A stretch of 64,000 nucleotides of DNA, from assembly GCA_040768745.1 (NCBI GenBank), contig JAXGMI010000001.1:160001-224000 (forward strand). The letters run 5' to 3'. Position numbers and translations under genes: made by a program. Positions 48,574-61,867 of the stretch are shown piece by piece. The first letter of the stretch is position 1, and each line of letters begins with the position of its first letter. The notes under the pieces are model-generated. The model did not search any database and was not told where the DNA came from. It saw only the letters and a list, made by a program, of their open reading frames with translations. Origin of the DNA: Desulfomicrobium sp. (GTDB lineage: Bacteria; Desulfobacterota; Desulfovibrionia; Desulfovibrionales; Desulfomicrobiaceae).

Positions 48574-50933
48574 TCAGTGCATCCTGGTCCTGGCCGTTTC
48601 GATCCGCATCTCCTGGGGCTCGCGCCATACAAAACGGATCGCGCCGTGTTCGGCTGTGGTCATGACCGTGGCCCCCGATGCGACACATTCCCGGACCACC
48701 TCGGGATGCGGAAACCCGAACCGGTTTCCCGGGCCGCAGGCCGCTACGGCCCATGACGCCCCAACCCGCCGGTACAGGCCGGGATGCAGGCTGGATCTGG
48801 ATCCATGGTGCGGCAAAACAAGAACCGAACAATCCAGATCCTGTCCGCCTCGCAGAACACTCTCGATGGCCTGCTGCTCCGCATCCCCAGGCAAGAGGGC
48901 CAACCCCACGCCCCTCCACACCAGACGCAGCACCAGGGACGTCTCGTTCCCAGAAATACCGCTGCTCCGGGCTCCCGGGTACAGGACGTCAAACCAGAGG
49001 TCCGGCTCCACCGTCACCCGGTCTCCTGTGCGCAGGACCCTTGCCGGCCACGCGGCTGAAGCCAGTTTCTGCTGCAGCCTCCGGCTATCCGCAGAATGAT
49101 CCGCAAGACCGCTCCAGCCGAACCAACCAAGGTCAAATGCCTCCAGGATGTAAAAAAGGCCACGCGCATGGTCCGCATCCACATGGGAGAGAATGGCTCC
49201 ATCCACCTCCGGCGCATGGTTCCAGGCCAATGCGGGTCCGACCAGTGCACGGCCAGGATCGTACTCCGTGCTCCAGGCCCCACCGCCATCGACCAGGACA
49301 GTGCGGCCAGAAGCAGTGCGGACAAACACGGCTTGGCTCATGCCTGTATCCAGGACGGTCATCTCCACCCCTGCGCGTAAACCATCCAGGACCTGCCCCA
49401 GGGCGGGCAGGACCAGAAGGCCGAGGCCAAGACACAAAAAGGTCATGCCCTTGCGCCATGGCCGCCCTCGGGTCAGCAGAACGCCGCCCGCAACCAGCAC
49501 AGTCCAGTATCCGGCAACCTGGAGTCCTTGCGGTCTGAGTACTGCCGTGGCCTGCAGTCCTCCGTGCAGGTCCAAAAAAGTCAGCCCGCGGTCCAGGATT
49601 TCCACCAAACTTCCGGCCAGCATAAAACACCAGCTGGCGAGTCGTTCAGAAAGGGGCAGGCCGGTCAGGCCCAGAAACGAAAGGGGAAGGACAGCCAGGC
49701 TCAGCATGGGCAACCAGAGAAGATTCAACCACAAATGGGGAGTCACTTCCCCGAAATTATGAACCAGCAGCGGCAGTATGAAGAGATTCGCACAGAGGCT
49801 GGCCAGTCCCAGCATGAGCCAGGCGTGCAGCACGTTCCAAGGTAGGCTCTTTTGCCCAAGGGGGCCAACCGCGCAGCACAGGTGGGAAGAAAACAAATGA
49901 TCCCGGCCACGGCCAGTACAGAGAGCTGCAGGGACAGGTCATGCACGGACACAGGGTCGGTCATCACCAGGGCTCCAACGGCCAGGAACAGGGAATCCTG
50001 GGCCTGTGGCCTCGTTCCAACTGCCTGATGGAGGAGCAAGACAAAAAGCATCAGGGCTGCGCGCATGAGCGAGGGACTTCCGCCGCCCAGCCACAGGTAG
50101 GCCAGAATCATGGGCAGGGCCAGTAGGTTGCCCAGTTTCTGCCGAGGAACGCGCAGCAGAAGCGCCGGTGCAAGGGCTCCGGCCACCCAGGCCGCCCCAT
50201 GGCCAAAGCCTGCTACCAGGCTCAAATGCAGCCCGGACAGGGCCAGACTGTGCGACAGGCCAGCCCTGCGGATACGGTCCATGAATGTCGTATCCAACAG
50301 GTATCTGTCCCCGAAAAGCAGAGCCCGGATCACCGCACCGCCAGCACCTGCCGGAGCCAAAGTCGACACCCTGGACATCAAACTGCTCCGCAGGGAAGGC
50401 TGCACAGCGCTCCAGCGTATGTCAGCAGCCCCGCGCGAGAAGGTCCGGTATCCCACCCCCAGGCGCTTCCAGCGCTCTTCACTGGAAGGCAGGCCGAAAT
50501 TGAACCGGCTGTGCAGTTTTCGGATCCGCAGGTTCGCCTCGAATTGCTGCCCTGCTTCCGGGGTGCATTCAGAACCCTCCAAGGTCCAGAGCAGCCGGCG
50601 CGGCAGGGTTTCACCGGATTCGACATTCCTGACGGCGCTGGCCACAATGGTCACTCTCCGCCCTGGCGAGGGGCGCACTTCGTCCACTCTGCCCTGCACC
50701 CGCACATCCTGTTCCCAATCCGGCAACTCCGGATGGGATTCGGAACCTATGCCCACAGCCACGCCCAGGCCCAGGCACAGGGACATGGCAAGCAGTTCCC
50801 TGGCCCGGACAAAAGCCAGCAGGCAGAGGGCAAAGATGAGAACAGGCAACCAGGGATTGCCCGCGGCAAAAAGTCCGCAGATGTATGCGGCAAGTCCTTT
50901 CTGCCACTGCGTCAAGGGGATGGGTCCGGCCAT
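48574..50933 (-). CDS. comEC: ComEC/Rec2 competence protein (one frameshift near 49850-49870, probably sequencing error)
   Basis: SHSLALSGLH, SLMRA and LQLS in one frame; DTGMSQA, SHVDADH, GDAE, HHGS and NRFGFPH in another. Confidence 0.88.
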
Positions 50934-51138
50934 GAATGGCCATGTGCTGGGTCTGTTCGGGATATCAGCCTCCTCGTGCACCCCTAGCACATCCACCCTG
51001 TTGTGTCATGCCTGGACCCAATGTCCTACAGCCAATGAATGACGAAGAAGAACATTGCCTCCCCGGCCTATCTCGGGCTATGCAGGTGAGCAGGTCCCTG
51101 ATTCGAGAAATGCCCGCAATTTGATTTCAAGGAGTGTC

Positions 51139-51558
51139 ATGGAAGAGTTGTCCGTGCTGCTGGTAGACGATGAGGAGGATTTCCTGCGCACCATCATCAA
51201 ACGTTTGTCCAAACGCGGCGTCAAGGCCCAGGGCGCTTCCCGGGGTGAGCAGGCTCTGGCCATGCTGGCCGAGGAACCGCGTGACGTGGTTGTCCTGGAT
51301 GTGAAAATGCCCGGGATGGACGGCATCGAAGTGCTGAAACGCATCAAGGCGGAGTGGCCGACCACCGAAGTCATCATGCTGACCGGTCACGCCAGTATCG
51401 ATGCGGCCATGGAGGGCATGGACTGCGGCGCTTTCGATTACCTGATGAAGCCGGCAGACCTGGAAGATCTGCTCTATAAACTCGAAGACGCCTTCCGCAA
51501 GAAAACCCTCAACGAACGGCGTCAGGGGCAATCCAACACCAGCGGCGACCACAGCTAG
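51139..51558 (+). CDS. Single-domain response regulator
   Basis: LLVDDE, LDVKMPGMDG, LTGH, KP; AAGGAG RBS. Confidence 0.92.
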   Translation: MEELSVLLVDDEEDFLRTIIKRLSKRGVKAQGASRGEQALAMLAEEPRDVVVLDVKMPGMDGIEVLKRIKAEWPTTEVIMLTGHASIDAAMEGMDCGAFDYLMKPADLEDLLYKLEDAFRKKTLNERRQGQSNTSGDHS

Positions 51559-51575
51559 AGTTTGCACAAGGGTAT

Positions 51576-54500
51576 TTGCTGGTGCACCCGCGTTCATACC
51601 TTTTCTTCGATCCCAACGATTACACACTGCTGCGCATCGTCAACGATGTCCTGTGCCGGTCTCCGCAGTCTCAGAGTATCCGCAGCCTGCTCTCTCCCTA
51701 CATGCACCCCCGCGGCATCAAGGAGATGGCCGCTACCCAGGTCCTGCGCATCGCCTATGCCATAGCCAGCCTGCTGGGCACACTGGAAGCCGGAAAGGCC
51801 CTTGACCGCCTCAGTGCCCTGCGTTCCCTCAGGGACGAAGTCCTGATTTCCGCCTCCACCTATTTCCAGAAAAACACGGCCCGGGTCCTCATCCAGATCA
51901 TGAAGGATCTTATCCGGCACAAGGATGACGAGGAGACCCAACTCCGTCTTGCCCACACCTTCCGCATGGCTTCTTCCGGACGGCCACAGACGGTCCGGGC
52001 CGAGCTGACCAAATATCACCTCCTGGAAATGCCTGAGGACTGGAACCAGCTGGCCTTTGACGACCATGTCCACGATGCCAATACCAAAGGCCGGAAATCC
52101 CCCACCCACCTGGTCATGGATGCCTGGATCAAGGGCATCCGATTCCTCACCGTGGTCTACTACAATTACGTGGAACCGGAGGTTGCGGCCGAACTTCTGG
52201 AAGCTGCCAGCATCCTGGACGTACATATCCGCATAGGCATTGAGGTTTCGTGCAGATTTCGGGGTAAGTACGTGCGCATGCTCTGGGAACCCAGAAGCTA
52301 CACGGATGGCAAATCCTTCGGCGCCTTTTTGGAGGAGCAGCCGGTCCGCGCCTTCATGAAGGAGGGCCGTCAGGTTTCCGCCTACCAGCAGAAATACGTC
52401 TTCGAAGCCTTGCAAGCCTTCAACGCCAAGCACCGCTCATCCATCAATGCAGAATTCGGGCTTGATCTGGAGGACCTGAACGAAGAGGAATTCAGTCGTT
52501 TTGTGGGCACTGGGCAACCCTCCCTGCTTCACCTGGCCAAATACATCCAAAGCTGCATGGAGCCGAAACTCCAGCGGGCCGCCCTGAACATGGCCCAGGA
52601 ATACGCTGCGGCAGACCAAAACAGGCGCAAGGAGCTGGAAACACTGGTCGAAGACCTGAACGCCATCGATTCGGAGATGCTCATTACCCGTTACCTGCAG
52701 CCATGCCGCAATCCCGAGCTGCACGACCCGAGCATCCCCCAGGACGGGCCCGAAGTGCCCCGCTCTTGCGCCTGGGACCAGGGGAGCTCCTGCCGAGACT
52801 GGCGAAATTTCACTCCGGTTCCAGTTTCACCCTCAACCTCAGCAATCTCTCCATTCCTGACACCCTGGAAATTCTGTACGACTGCCAGGGGCACATCACC
52901 AACATTGAACTCTACAACCTCAAAGACGTGTCCCGTGGCAAGTGGTCCATGCCGGCGTCTGTCCACCAAGTCTGCCCGGGAGATGCCGTCGACCTGACCA
53001 ACCCCGAGCGGACCTGCGCCCAGATTTCGGAACTGCGCAAGGCCCTGAACGAGGACAACGTCATCGCCCTCAAACGGGCCATCCGCGCCATCATCTGGTC
53101 CTTTGAGGAGGACAGGCTGGCCCTCTCCAACACCTTGGTCCAGGTTAAGACGCGTCCCGATCTGTCCCGAACTGCGGCCTTGGAGCAGGAACTGGCGGCC
53201 ATGGACGAACGCAAGACAAAGTTCCTGGACATCCTCTTCCATATCGAGACATTCCACAGGTACTACAAAAACCGGCCCCTGGGTTCCCGCATCGGCAGCG
53301 GGTCCACAGGACAATCCAGGCACCAGTACGGCATGGGCGTCATCGTGCTGGACACGCTGACCAACCGGGCCAAAAAAATCGCCCTTTCGGGCGGGAGCGG
53401 ACAGCGCAAGATTTTGCCGGTCACGGCCAAAATGACCGCCCACAGCCGCGTCCGCTGCCATGGCGCCGAGGAGGAGTCCCCCCTGTTGCGCATGGTGCGC
53501 AAGATCCCTGGACTGGAGCAGGCGGGGTGCCCTGTTCAGAGGGAATGGTTTCTCGACGGGATCGATATCCATCCACAACGTCCTGGAAATATTGTCACTT
53601 TGGGCGGAGTACAGCTTCATCATGACAACGGGTTGCGCATTACCGCTCCTCCACCCAACGCCATGTCGTCTGGCAGACCCTTGAAGTATCTGAACACCGC
53701 CCTGACCAACTGCCTCAAAATCCTGATCGGGTTCATCCCCGCCTTTCTGACTTTTGCCCTGACCAAGGACTGGTGGGTGCTGGCCTACCTGGGCGGGCCG
53801 ATCTGGTTCGCGATCACGGGCGTGCGCAACATCATCCAGGCAGTGGTTGGCGGGGGAGGGCTGAAGCGCTCTCCCCTGGTGCAATGGAATTCGCTCATCA
53901 GCTGGAGCCGTATCGCCGACTCCCTGCTCTACACTGGATTCTCCGTCCCCCTGCTGGATCTGGTGGTCAAACCGTCATTCTCGACCAGGGCCTGGGCATC
54001 ACCACCAGTACAAACCCTGTCCTTCTCTTCGCCGTCATGGCCCTGGCCAACGGCATCTATATCTCCAGCCACAACATCTATCGAGGCCTTCCGCGCCGCG
54101 CCATAGTCGGCAACTTTTTCCGGAGCATCCTTTCCATTCCCCTGGCCGTGTTCTTCAACGCCACCCTGGCCAGCGGAATGCACATGGCCATGCTTCCCGG
54201 GGTGGAGGAGACCCTGCAGAAGTGGGCGGCCATCGTGTCCAAACTGGCTTCAGACTGTGTGGCCGCAGTCATTGAAGGATTTGCGGACCGGCACAACAAC
54301 GTACGCCTTCGCCTGGCCGACTATCGTGCCAAGCTTACGGCAGTCTTCGACGTCTTTGCCCGACTGGACGTCATCTTCCCGGAAGAGGATGTGCTGGACA
54401 TGCTCCAGTCCCCTAAAACCTTCATGGAAACCATCAACTACGAAGCCCGCGACCTGGAAAAGGTCCTCATCGTCAACGCCTTGGACCTCATGTATATCTG

Positions 54501-54741
54501 GATGTACCAGCCCCGGGCGAACAAGGCCTTGTCCAGCATTGTTGAGGGCATGACCAAGGAGGAGTGGCTTATTTTTCTGCGTTCCCAGTACGTCCTCAAA
54601 CGCTACCGGGAAATCAGCCAGATGTTCGTGGACGGATTGGTGGGAAAGAATTTTTCCAAGGCCTTGGCCTTTTACCTGGATCGATCGGACGCCTATCTGC
54701 AGGATTTGGAACGGCTGGGAGCAGCGCACACATCCCGCTGA
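51576..54741 (+). CDS. Large (~1050 aa) hypothetical protein with degenerate PHP-like domain and membrane C-terminus (frameshifts ~52760 and ~53970)
   Basis: Three consecutive ORFs join if one C (GTGCCCCG) and one A (GTCAAACC) are restored; DDHVHD and GIEVS motifs. Confidence 0.7.
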
Positions 54742-54745
54742 GACC

Positions 54746-55194
54746 CTACCACTTGCGATCCAGGACCAGGTGCGACCCATAACCCAGCACTGCCGCAGCA
54801 TAGTACGGGGCCAGTGACTGCGGGGTTGCTCCGTAAAGCCAGACTGGCAGCAGAACCAGGGGCAGGGGCATGAGCAGCATGGCCCACCAGGTATGGGTCC
54901 AGCCCCGGTGGGAGCCCATGGCCGGGAACATGGCCGCAAAGCCGAGAATGGCCGCCCATTGGTAGTATCCCTGCAGGATGAAGGCAAAATCGAGGACGGC
55001 CAGGGTCAGATAGAAGATGTGCTGCCCCTGGAATCGGTGTCCACGTCGGGAAAAAGGGCGCCCAGGAGAACGAGGCTCCCCAGCACTGCCAGCTGCGGCC
55101 ATTCCGGCGCGTAGACGCCAAGCCAGAGAAGCCCCCCCAGGGCCAACCCGCCGGCCATGGACGCGCCAGCCAGATGTCCTTTGTAACCGGGCAT
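54746..55194 (-). CDS. Membrane-bound metal-dependent hydrolase, YdjM/YbcI-like (frameshift ~55027)
   Basis: GH, FPDVD, HRGWTHT and SHLVLD spread over two frames; GGAGG RBS. Confidence 0.8.
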
Positions 55195-55339
55195 GTTCCT
55201 CCCTCCAAGACGTTTTATGCTAGGTTTTGGGTCCTCTGCATGGACAGGGCACGGCCCGTGCGGGGCGGGCCGGGATCCACATGCCCAAGTTTCCGAGGGT
55301 GCCCGCAGGGCTCAAATCCAGCACTGCCCTTCGGAGAAC

Positions 55340-56732
55340 TCAGCGCTGGCGGCCATCCTCGGCATTGATCCCATACATTCTCAGCTTGCGGTACAGATAT
55401 GTCCTCTCCAGACCTATGGCCTCGGCCAAGCGGGCGATATTGCCGTCGTGGCGGGCCAGATTGCGTCGCAGAAAATTTTCCTCGAAATGGGCCCGGGCCA
55501 TCTTGAAGTCAGCGATCTCCTCCACGGCCACGGCTGGTCGGCTGGGAGCCCCCGCTCCGCCGCTGTAAAACTCCGGAGGCAGCATGGAGGGGGTGACTTC
55601 CTGTCCGGGGTAGAGGATGGAAAGCCGCTCCACGAAGTTCTTCAGTTCCCGGATGTTTCCGGGCCAGGAATAGCCCTTGAGCGCCTCGGCGGCCTGAGGG
55701 TCAAGCCGCACGGGCCGCATGTTCTGGCTGCGGGCCATGCGCATGGAAAAATGCTCGAACATCTCGGGCACGTCTCCGGCCCGCTCGCGCAGGGGGGACG
55801 GTCAGGGGAAACACGTTGAGCCGGTAGAACAGATCCGGCCTGAAACGCCCTTCCAGCATTTCCCGATTAAGGTCCTTGTTGGAGGCGGCGATGACGCGCA
55901 CATCCACCCGGAAGGTCTTGGACCCGCCCACACGCTCAAATTTCTGCTCCTGCAGGATGCGCAGGACCTTGGCCTGGGTCCTGAGGCTCATGTCCCCGAT
56001 CTCGTCCAGGAAAAGAGTGCTCCTGTCAGCCAGCTCGAATTTGCCTTTGCGGGTCTTGTCCGCGCCCGTAAAGGCCCCCTTCTCGTGTCCAAAGAGTTCC
56101 GACTCAATAAGCTCTTCCGGAATGGCCGCGCAGTTCACGCAGATCATGTCCCGCTGCGCCCTTCTGCTGGCCTGATGGATGCCGCGGGCCGCAAGCTCCT
56201 TCCCGGTCCCGTTTTCGCCGCTGATGAGCACCCAGGCGTCGGAAGGCCCGACCTGGGCGATGAGCTCACGCAGGCGAACGACCTGCGGAGAAGTCCCCAC
56301 AATATGCGTGTCGCTCTCGGGCTGGACCCTGGACCGCAGCTCCCTGTTCTCGCGTTTGAGCTGGGACAGTTCCAAGGCTTTTTCGGCCGTCACCAGAATG
56401 TTTTCCAGGGACAGGGGCTTCTCGATGAAGTCGAAGGCCCCGTCCTTGAGCGCCGTCACCGCCGTTTCCACGTTGCCATGCCCGGAGATCATGACCACCG
56501 GGATGTCCACGCCCTTTTCGCGCAAAGTCCGGAGCACGCTCAAACCGTCCATGCCAGGCATCCAGATGTCCAGAAAAACGAGGTCAAAATCCCCGTCCAA
56601 GGCGGCACTCAGCCCCTCTGATCCATCCCGGGCCTCGGCCACCTGACAGCCTTCGTCCTCAAAGATGCCGCGCAGGGAAAGACGGATGTCTTCCTCGTCG
56701 TCGATGACAAGAATGGACGCGTTACTCAGCAT
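55340..56732 (-). CDS. ntrX: Sigma54-dependent response regulator, NtrX-like (frameshift ~55795)
   Basis: REC (DIWMPG), [28 protein letters not shown] and Fis-type HTH. Confidence 0.85.
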
Positions 56733-58941
56733 GAATCAGACCTCTCTCCGCAGCCGGCAGCTCGATGACGAAGGTCGTGCCCCCGGGGAGTGGGGTTTGA
56801 CCCGGACATGCCCGTGGTGATCCGTTACCACGGATTTGACAATGGTCAGCCCCAGCCCTGTGCCCCCGCGCTTGGTGGAATAATAGGGTTCAAACATTCG
56901 GGCCTGCTCTTCGGGCTTGATGCCCGGACCATTGTCGCTGATCTCGATATAAATCCGACCCTTGCGCTTGCGGGCATAGAGCACCGTGTCCACCCTCGCC
57001 TCCTCCTGCCCGGCCAGCACTTCGGCTGCGTTGAGCAGTATGTTATAGAAAACCCGCTTCATGGCCTCACGATCAAGCATGATCGGCGGTACCGGTTCGG
57101 TGCGCACGGTCCAGCGAATGGAGGTGTGGGTTTCGGAAAAAACGGCAATGGCCTCCGCAGCAGCGGCTCGACAGGCTGCGGCGTGAGGATGACCTCGGGC
57201 AGTTTGGCGAAGGCCGAAAATTCCTGGACCATGGCTTGCAGATGCTCGACCTGTTTGACGATAAGCCCCGTGCACTGGCTGAAAATGGGGTCCTGCAGGG
57301 TTGTGCCGAACTTTCGCTCCAGGCGTTCGGCTGAAAGCTTGATGGGCGTGAGGGGGTTCTTGATCTCATGGGCGATGCGCCGGGCCACTTCCTTCCATGC
57401 ATCCAGGCGTTGCATCTTTTCAAGTTCCGTGATGTTTTCGAATACAGCGACAATACCGCTTTCGCTCCCCTCGGTATCCATCAGCGCGACGACATTGACC
57501 AGGAGCTTGACGGTCTCCCCGTTCACCTGCAGTTCCAGCCGTCGCTGCCACTGGGATCCTGGACTTCCTTGCAGCAGAGTACGCACGTCCTCGACCAGCC
57601 CTCGGTGATCCGGACCCAGGAGATCCAGGGCGGAACGGCCGATCAGGGCCCCGGATTCGACCCCGAGAATACCCTCCGCGGCCCGGTTCATGGTCGTGAT
57701 CAGCCCGGCCCGGTCCAGGGAGACAACCCCGGCGGTGATATTTTCCAGAATGGCCTGCACATAGTGATTTTTGGCAATAATGGCCTGATACTGCTCCTCC
57801 ATCTGCCGGTTGGCCAGGGTCAGCCTGCTGCGGCTTTCCTCCAGGTCCTCGGCCATGCTGTTGAAGGACTGGACCAGAAGCCCCAGTTCATCCTTGGATT
57901 CATCCATGAGCCGCACTGAGAGATCGCCCTTGGCTATGCGCTGAGTCCCGGCAGCCAGGGCCTGCACCGGCTCGCTGATCTCCTTGGCCAGCCGGAACCC
58001 GATCCAGGTGGCCCCGAGAAAGATGACCATGGTCATGAGTCCCAGGACCATGTACAAGGTCATCTTCAGGGGATACTTGAGGGTTCGCAGCTGCTTGTAC
58101 TCGCCAACGCCCTGGGCGATCTGTTCCAGCCGGTCAAGAAAACCTGGCCCTACCTCCGAGCCGAGAACCAGAAAGGCGGTTCCCTCCCTGTCCACTGGCA
58201 TCACCCCGACAACCAGATCCGAAGGCTGGTGCGGCCACAGAGTGGCCCAGTACTTGGGGGATCTGACCAGTTCTGCCCAGGGCACCTTGTCCCTGATCTG
58301 TGGCCAGACCTCCATCCAGGGAGGTTCGGCCCGCCAGTTCCGCTCCTGCAGGAGGCGGTGACCAGTCCGGTCAGGGACAGCCCGTATTCCTTCCCTTTGG
58401 CCGCAAAGACATCGTCCACCCCCTTGCCGGCCCATCCCAGGCGAAGATCCCGCACCTGATTCAAAACACCCCTGGCTTTCCGCTCAAGAGTGGATTCCGC
58501 CGAGGCGTAGAAGTCCTGCCCCACGGTAAGGGCCTGATTCATGGTCGTTTCAATCTGGGACTGGAACCAGTAATCCACAGAGGTCTGCACCAGCCACAGG
58601 GAAAGGACGAACATGATCAGGGTGGGCACCAGGGACAAGGTCGTGAAAACGAGCACCAGACGGGCCCGCAGGCCAGATCCAAGGACCCGTCTGCGCCGGT
58701 CCAGCAACAGTTTGACCAGATTGCGCAGGACCAGGAACAGAACCAGGATGAGCAGGATCAGATTGACGTTGAAAAGGGCAAAGAACAGATACGAGTTGAG
58801 CCCAAGGAGGCGCAGTTCGATCCAGGTCAGGATGATGATGAGTCCGATACCGACCAGGGCCAGCAGAATTTCCCTCCGGCGCTTTCTGCGTTCCAGGATA
58901 GTGCGCTGCTGAGCAGGGATGAAGCGGGAGGAGTTATCCAT
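56722..58941 (-). CDS. ntrY: HAMP/PAS sensor histidine kinase, NtrY-like (frameshifts ~58351, ~57155, ~56785)
   Basis: TM helices, [49 protein letters not shown]; restored end GTTFVIELP. Confidence 0.85.
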
Positions 58942-58961
58942 TGGACCAAGCCTGGCTGGGA

Positions 58962-59561
58962 TCAAAAGTCAAAATTCAGCTCATAGGCGACTTCCGGGAC
59001 AAAATCCCAGCTGACAAAAAACAGGGGTTTTCTGATCCACTGTGAAATGTTGGTCCGGGTTATCTTGAACGACAAAACGACCTTGTAGGCGCGATTGCGT
59101 TGGATCTGCTCCCAGCTTCCCATGGGCAGAGACAAATGGGACCAGAATTGGTTCAGGTCTTTGCGCAGGGTGGAGAAATCGACGGTATGTGATCCACGGT
59201 GATCTTGCAAAAGGCATTCCCGTGCAATGGGCTTCCCCGTCATGAGGCAGACGTAGGACGCCTCGGACAGGAATTCATCCCAGAATCCGGCCCGCCGGTG
59301 ATAGAGCTTTCCGGTGCAGCGCACCTCGTAATCTCCGCCGTCCTGGAGAATTTCAAGAAGGGGCGCTTCGTCATGAACAACAATGCTGAATCCCACTGAA
59401 ACTGCGCCCTTGGAGTTGTCCACGCCCAGGTCCGTCACAGCGATGGGTTCTGCGTGAGCTGAATACGCCAAGAGAATACAAAACAGAATAAATGAAAATG
59501 AAACGAATAATATTCGATAAAATCGTAAAAAAACGACATTAACAGAGAAAAAACGTGGCAT
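58962..59561 (-). CDS. Exported hypothetical protein (DUF4390-like), start uncertain
   Basis: Signal-like N-terminus; lies directly upstream of ntrY. Confidence 0.6.
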   Translation of the reverse strand: MPRFFSVNVVFLRFYRILFVSFSFILFCILLAYSAHAEPIAVTDLGVDNSKGAVSVGFSIVVHDEAPLLEILQDGGDYEVRCTGKLYHRRAGFWDEFLSEASYVCLMTGKPIARECLLQDHRGSHTVDFSTLRKDLNQFWSHLSLPMGSWEQIQRNRAYKVVLSFKITRTNISQWIRKPLFFVSWDFVPEVAYELNFDF

Positions 59562-59719
59562 CAGTGTAATTCTTCTTGATTTTCAACTTCAGGCAGGTAT
59601 GCAGATAGCGGAACCCTCGAAAAGAGAGTCCGGTCCAGCCGGTATCCCCCTTGTGCCCTTGCGCGGTGATAGTCCAAGGGTATGGTATTTGACAACCACA
59701 GACATGCGGAAAGCCGATC

Positions 59720-61790
59720 ATGAAGCTCAACGAACACAACAGCAAACAGGTTTTTCGGGATGCGGGACTGCCCGTTCCCCAAGGCATTCTCGTCAGACCT
59801 GGCCAGGAACCTGTGGCCGATTTTCCCCTGCCCTGGATGCTGAAGGCGCAAGTGTTGGCAGGGGGACGCGGCAAGGCCGGAGGGATACTCATGGCAAAGA
59901 CTGCGGACCAGGCTCGGATCGGCCTGCAAAGTCTTTTCGACCTTTCCATCAAGGGTGAGGCTGTCCGTCTGGTGCGCATCGAGCCCAACATCGCCGTCAC
60001 CCGGGAAATGTATCTTTCCGTCAGCCTGCATCGCCAGCACAGATGCCTGTGTGTCACCGCCGGCCGGAGGGGCGGCGTGGACATTGAATCCTGTCCGCCC
60101 GACTCCTTGCTGATTGAGCAGGTCCTGCCCGACACGGACCTGCAGCCTTTTCAGATCAGAAACCTTTTCTTTCATCTGCAGTTGCCCTGGAATCTGATGA
60201 AGCCCTTCGCGACCATGCTTGATCGCCTTTTCACCTGCTGCCTCAGGCATCGGCTCCTTCTGGCCGAGATCAATCCCCTGGTCGTGCTGGAAGGTGGGCA
60301 GCTCATGGCCCTGGATGGCAAGGTTGAAATCGACGACCACTGGATGAGCATGCACCCTGAATTGGAACGCTTCCTGGAACCCGCTCACCTCAGCGCAGAG
60401 GAGATCAGGACCCGGGACGCAGGTCTGAGCTACCACAGCCTGGATGGATTCGTCGGACTCATGGTCAACGGGGCGGGATTGGCCATGGCCAGCATGGATA
60501 TCCTGAGTGCCAGCGGCCTGGCCGCGGCCAATTTCCTTGATCTGGGGGTGGGGCCGATGAAAATGCCATGCGCACGGCTCTGGACATCCTTTTTGACGAT
60601 CCGCGCGTGAGCATGCTGTTCGTCAACATCTTTGGCGGGATCCTCTCCTGCCACACGGTGGCCGAGTCCATGCTCAAGGCCCTGGACGCCCGGCCTCCCC
60701 GCAAACCCATCGTGGTCCGGTCGCGGGCAACAGTGCCCACCAGGGTCTGGGACTGCTTCGCCAAGCGGGTCTGCCCGGACTGCACCTCTGCCCGGATCTG
60801 GCCTCGGCCACGAAAGCCCTCCACTCCCTCAAAGCAGGGCAGATGGCTGGGATGGCTAAGACAATGGAGCCTGTTCCTCCCAGCCGCAGGTTTCATCACC
60901 CAAACCCCCGCAGGACCGACACCCCATTTCCTCTGCCCGATGACTGCCGCATCCTGGTCCAGGGACTGACCGGCAAACAGGGACAGCTGCACTGCCGGCT
61001 CATGCAGGAATATGGGTCCCGCGTCGTGGCCGGCGTGACGCCCGGCAAAGGGGGTGCCGAAGTTCTCGGCCTGCCAGTCTTCGACACCGTGCGGGAGGCA
61101 AGTTCGTCCATGCCCATCGACGCCTCCATCATCTTTGTCCCCGCAGCCCAGTCCCCGGACGCTGTCCTGGAGGCAGCGGCGGCGGGCATCGGCTGGGTCG
61201 TCTGCATCACCGATGGCATCCCCCAGCTCGACATGCTCCGAACCCTGCTGCGCCTGCAAGACAGCCCTACCCGGGTCATCGGGCCCAACTGCCCCGGACT
61301 CATCGTGCCCGGCAAAACCAAGATCGGCATCATGCCCGGCTCCATCTTCACCCCCGGACCGGTGGCGGTCTTTTCCCGCAGCGGAACCCTGACCTACGAA
61401 TGCGTGGACCGCCTGACCCGGGCCGGCATCGGTCAGTCCGTGTGCGTGGGTATTGGCGGGGATCCTTTTGTCGGAACCTCGTTCACGGACCTGTGCAGAC
61501 TGATCCGGCACGATCCCAGCACCAAGGCCGTGGTCATCCTGGGAGAAATCGGGGGACAGGCCGAGGAAGACCTGGGAGAGTACATGGTCAGGACCGGATT
61601 CGAACTGCCTGTCTTCGGATTCATTGCCGGTCGCACCGCGCCTCCGGGCAAACGGCTCGGACATGCTGGGGCGATCCTTGCAAAAGGGGAAGGCGGAATC
61701 GAGGCCAAATTGAAGGCCATGGCTGACGCAGGCTTCCAGCTCCTGGACAACCTGGATCAGGTCGCGGAAGCAGTGGCAAGGGTATTGTAG
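59720..61790 (+). CDS. sucCD: Succinyl-CoA synthetase beta-alpha fusion SucCD (frameshifts ~60546 and ~60721)
   Basis: KAQVLAGGRGKAGG, EINPL, NGAGLAM and NIFGGI, then without a stop QGLTGKQG, GPNCPG, SRSGTL and GHAGA. Confidence 0.85.
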
Positions 61791-61867
61791 CGAACAGGGA
61801 ATCCTGACGACTGGACTTCCCTTTGTCATCCGGATGGGAGGGTGGTTACGGACCCTCTGCAGCAGGC

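Noticed and set aside
48574..50933. comEC frameshift as phase variation or loss of competence
   Set aside because: It is one of many similar indels in the same segment, so sequencing error is more parsimonious.
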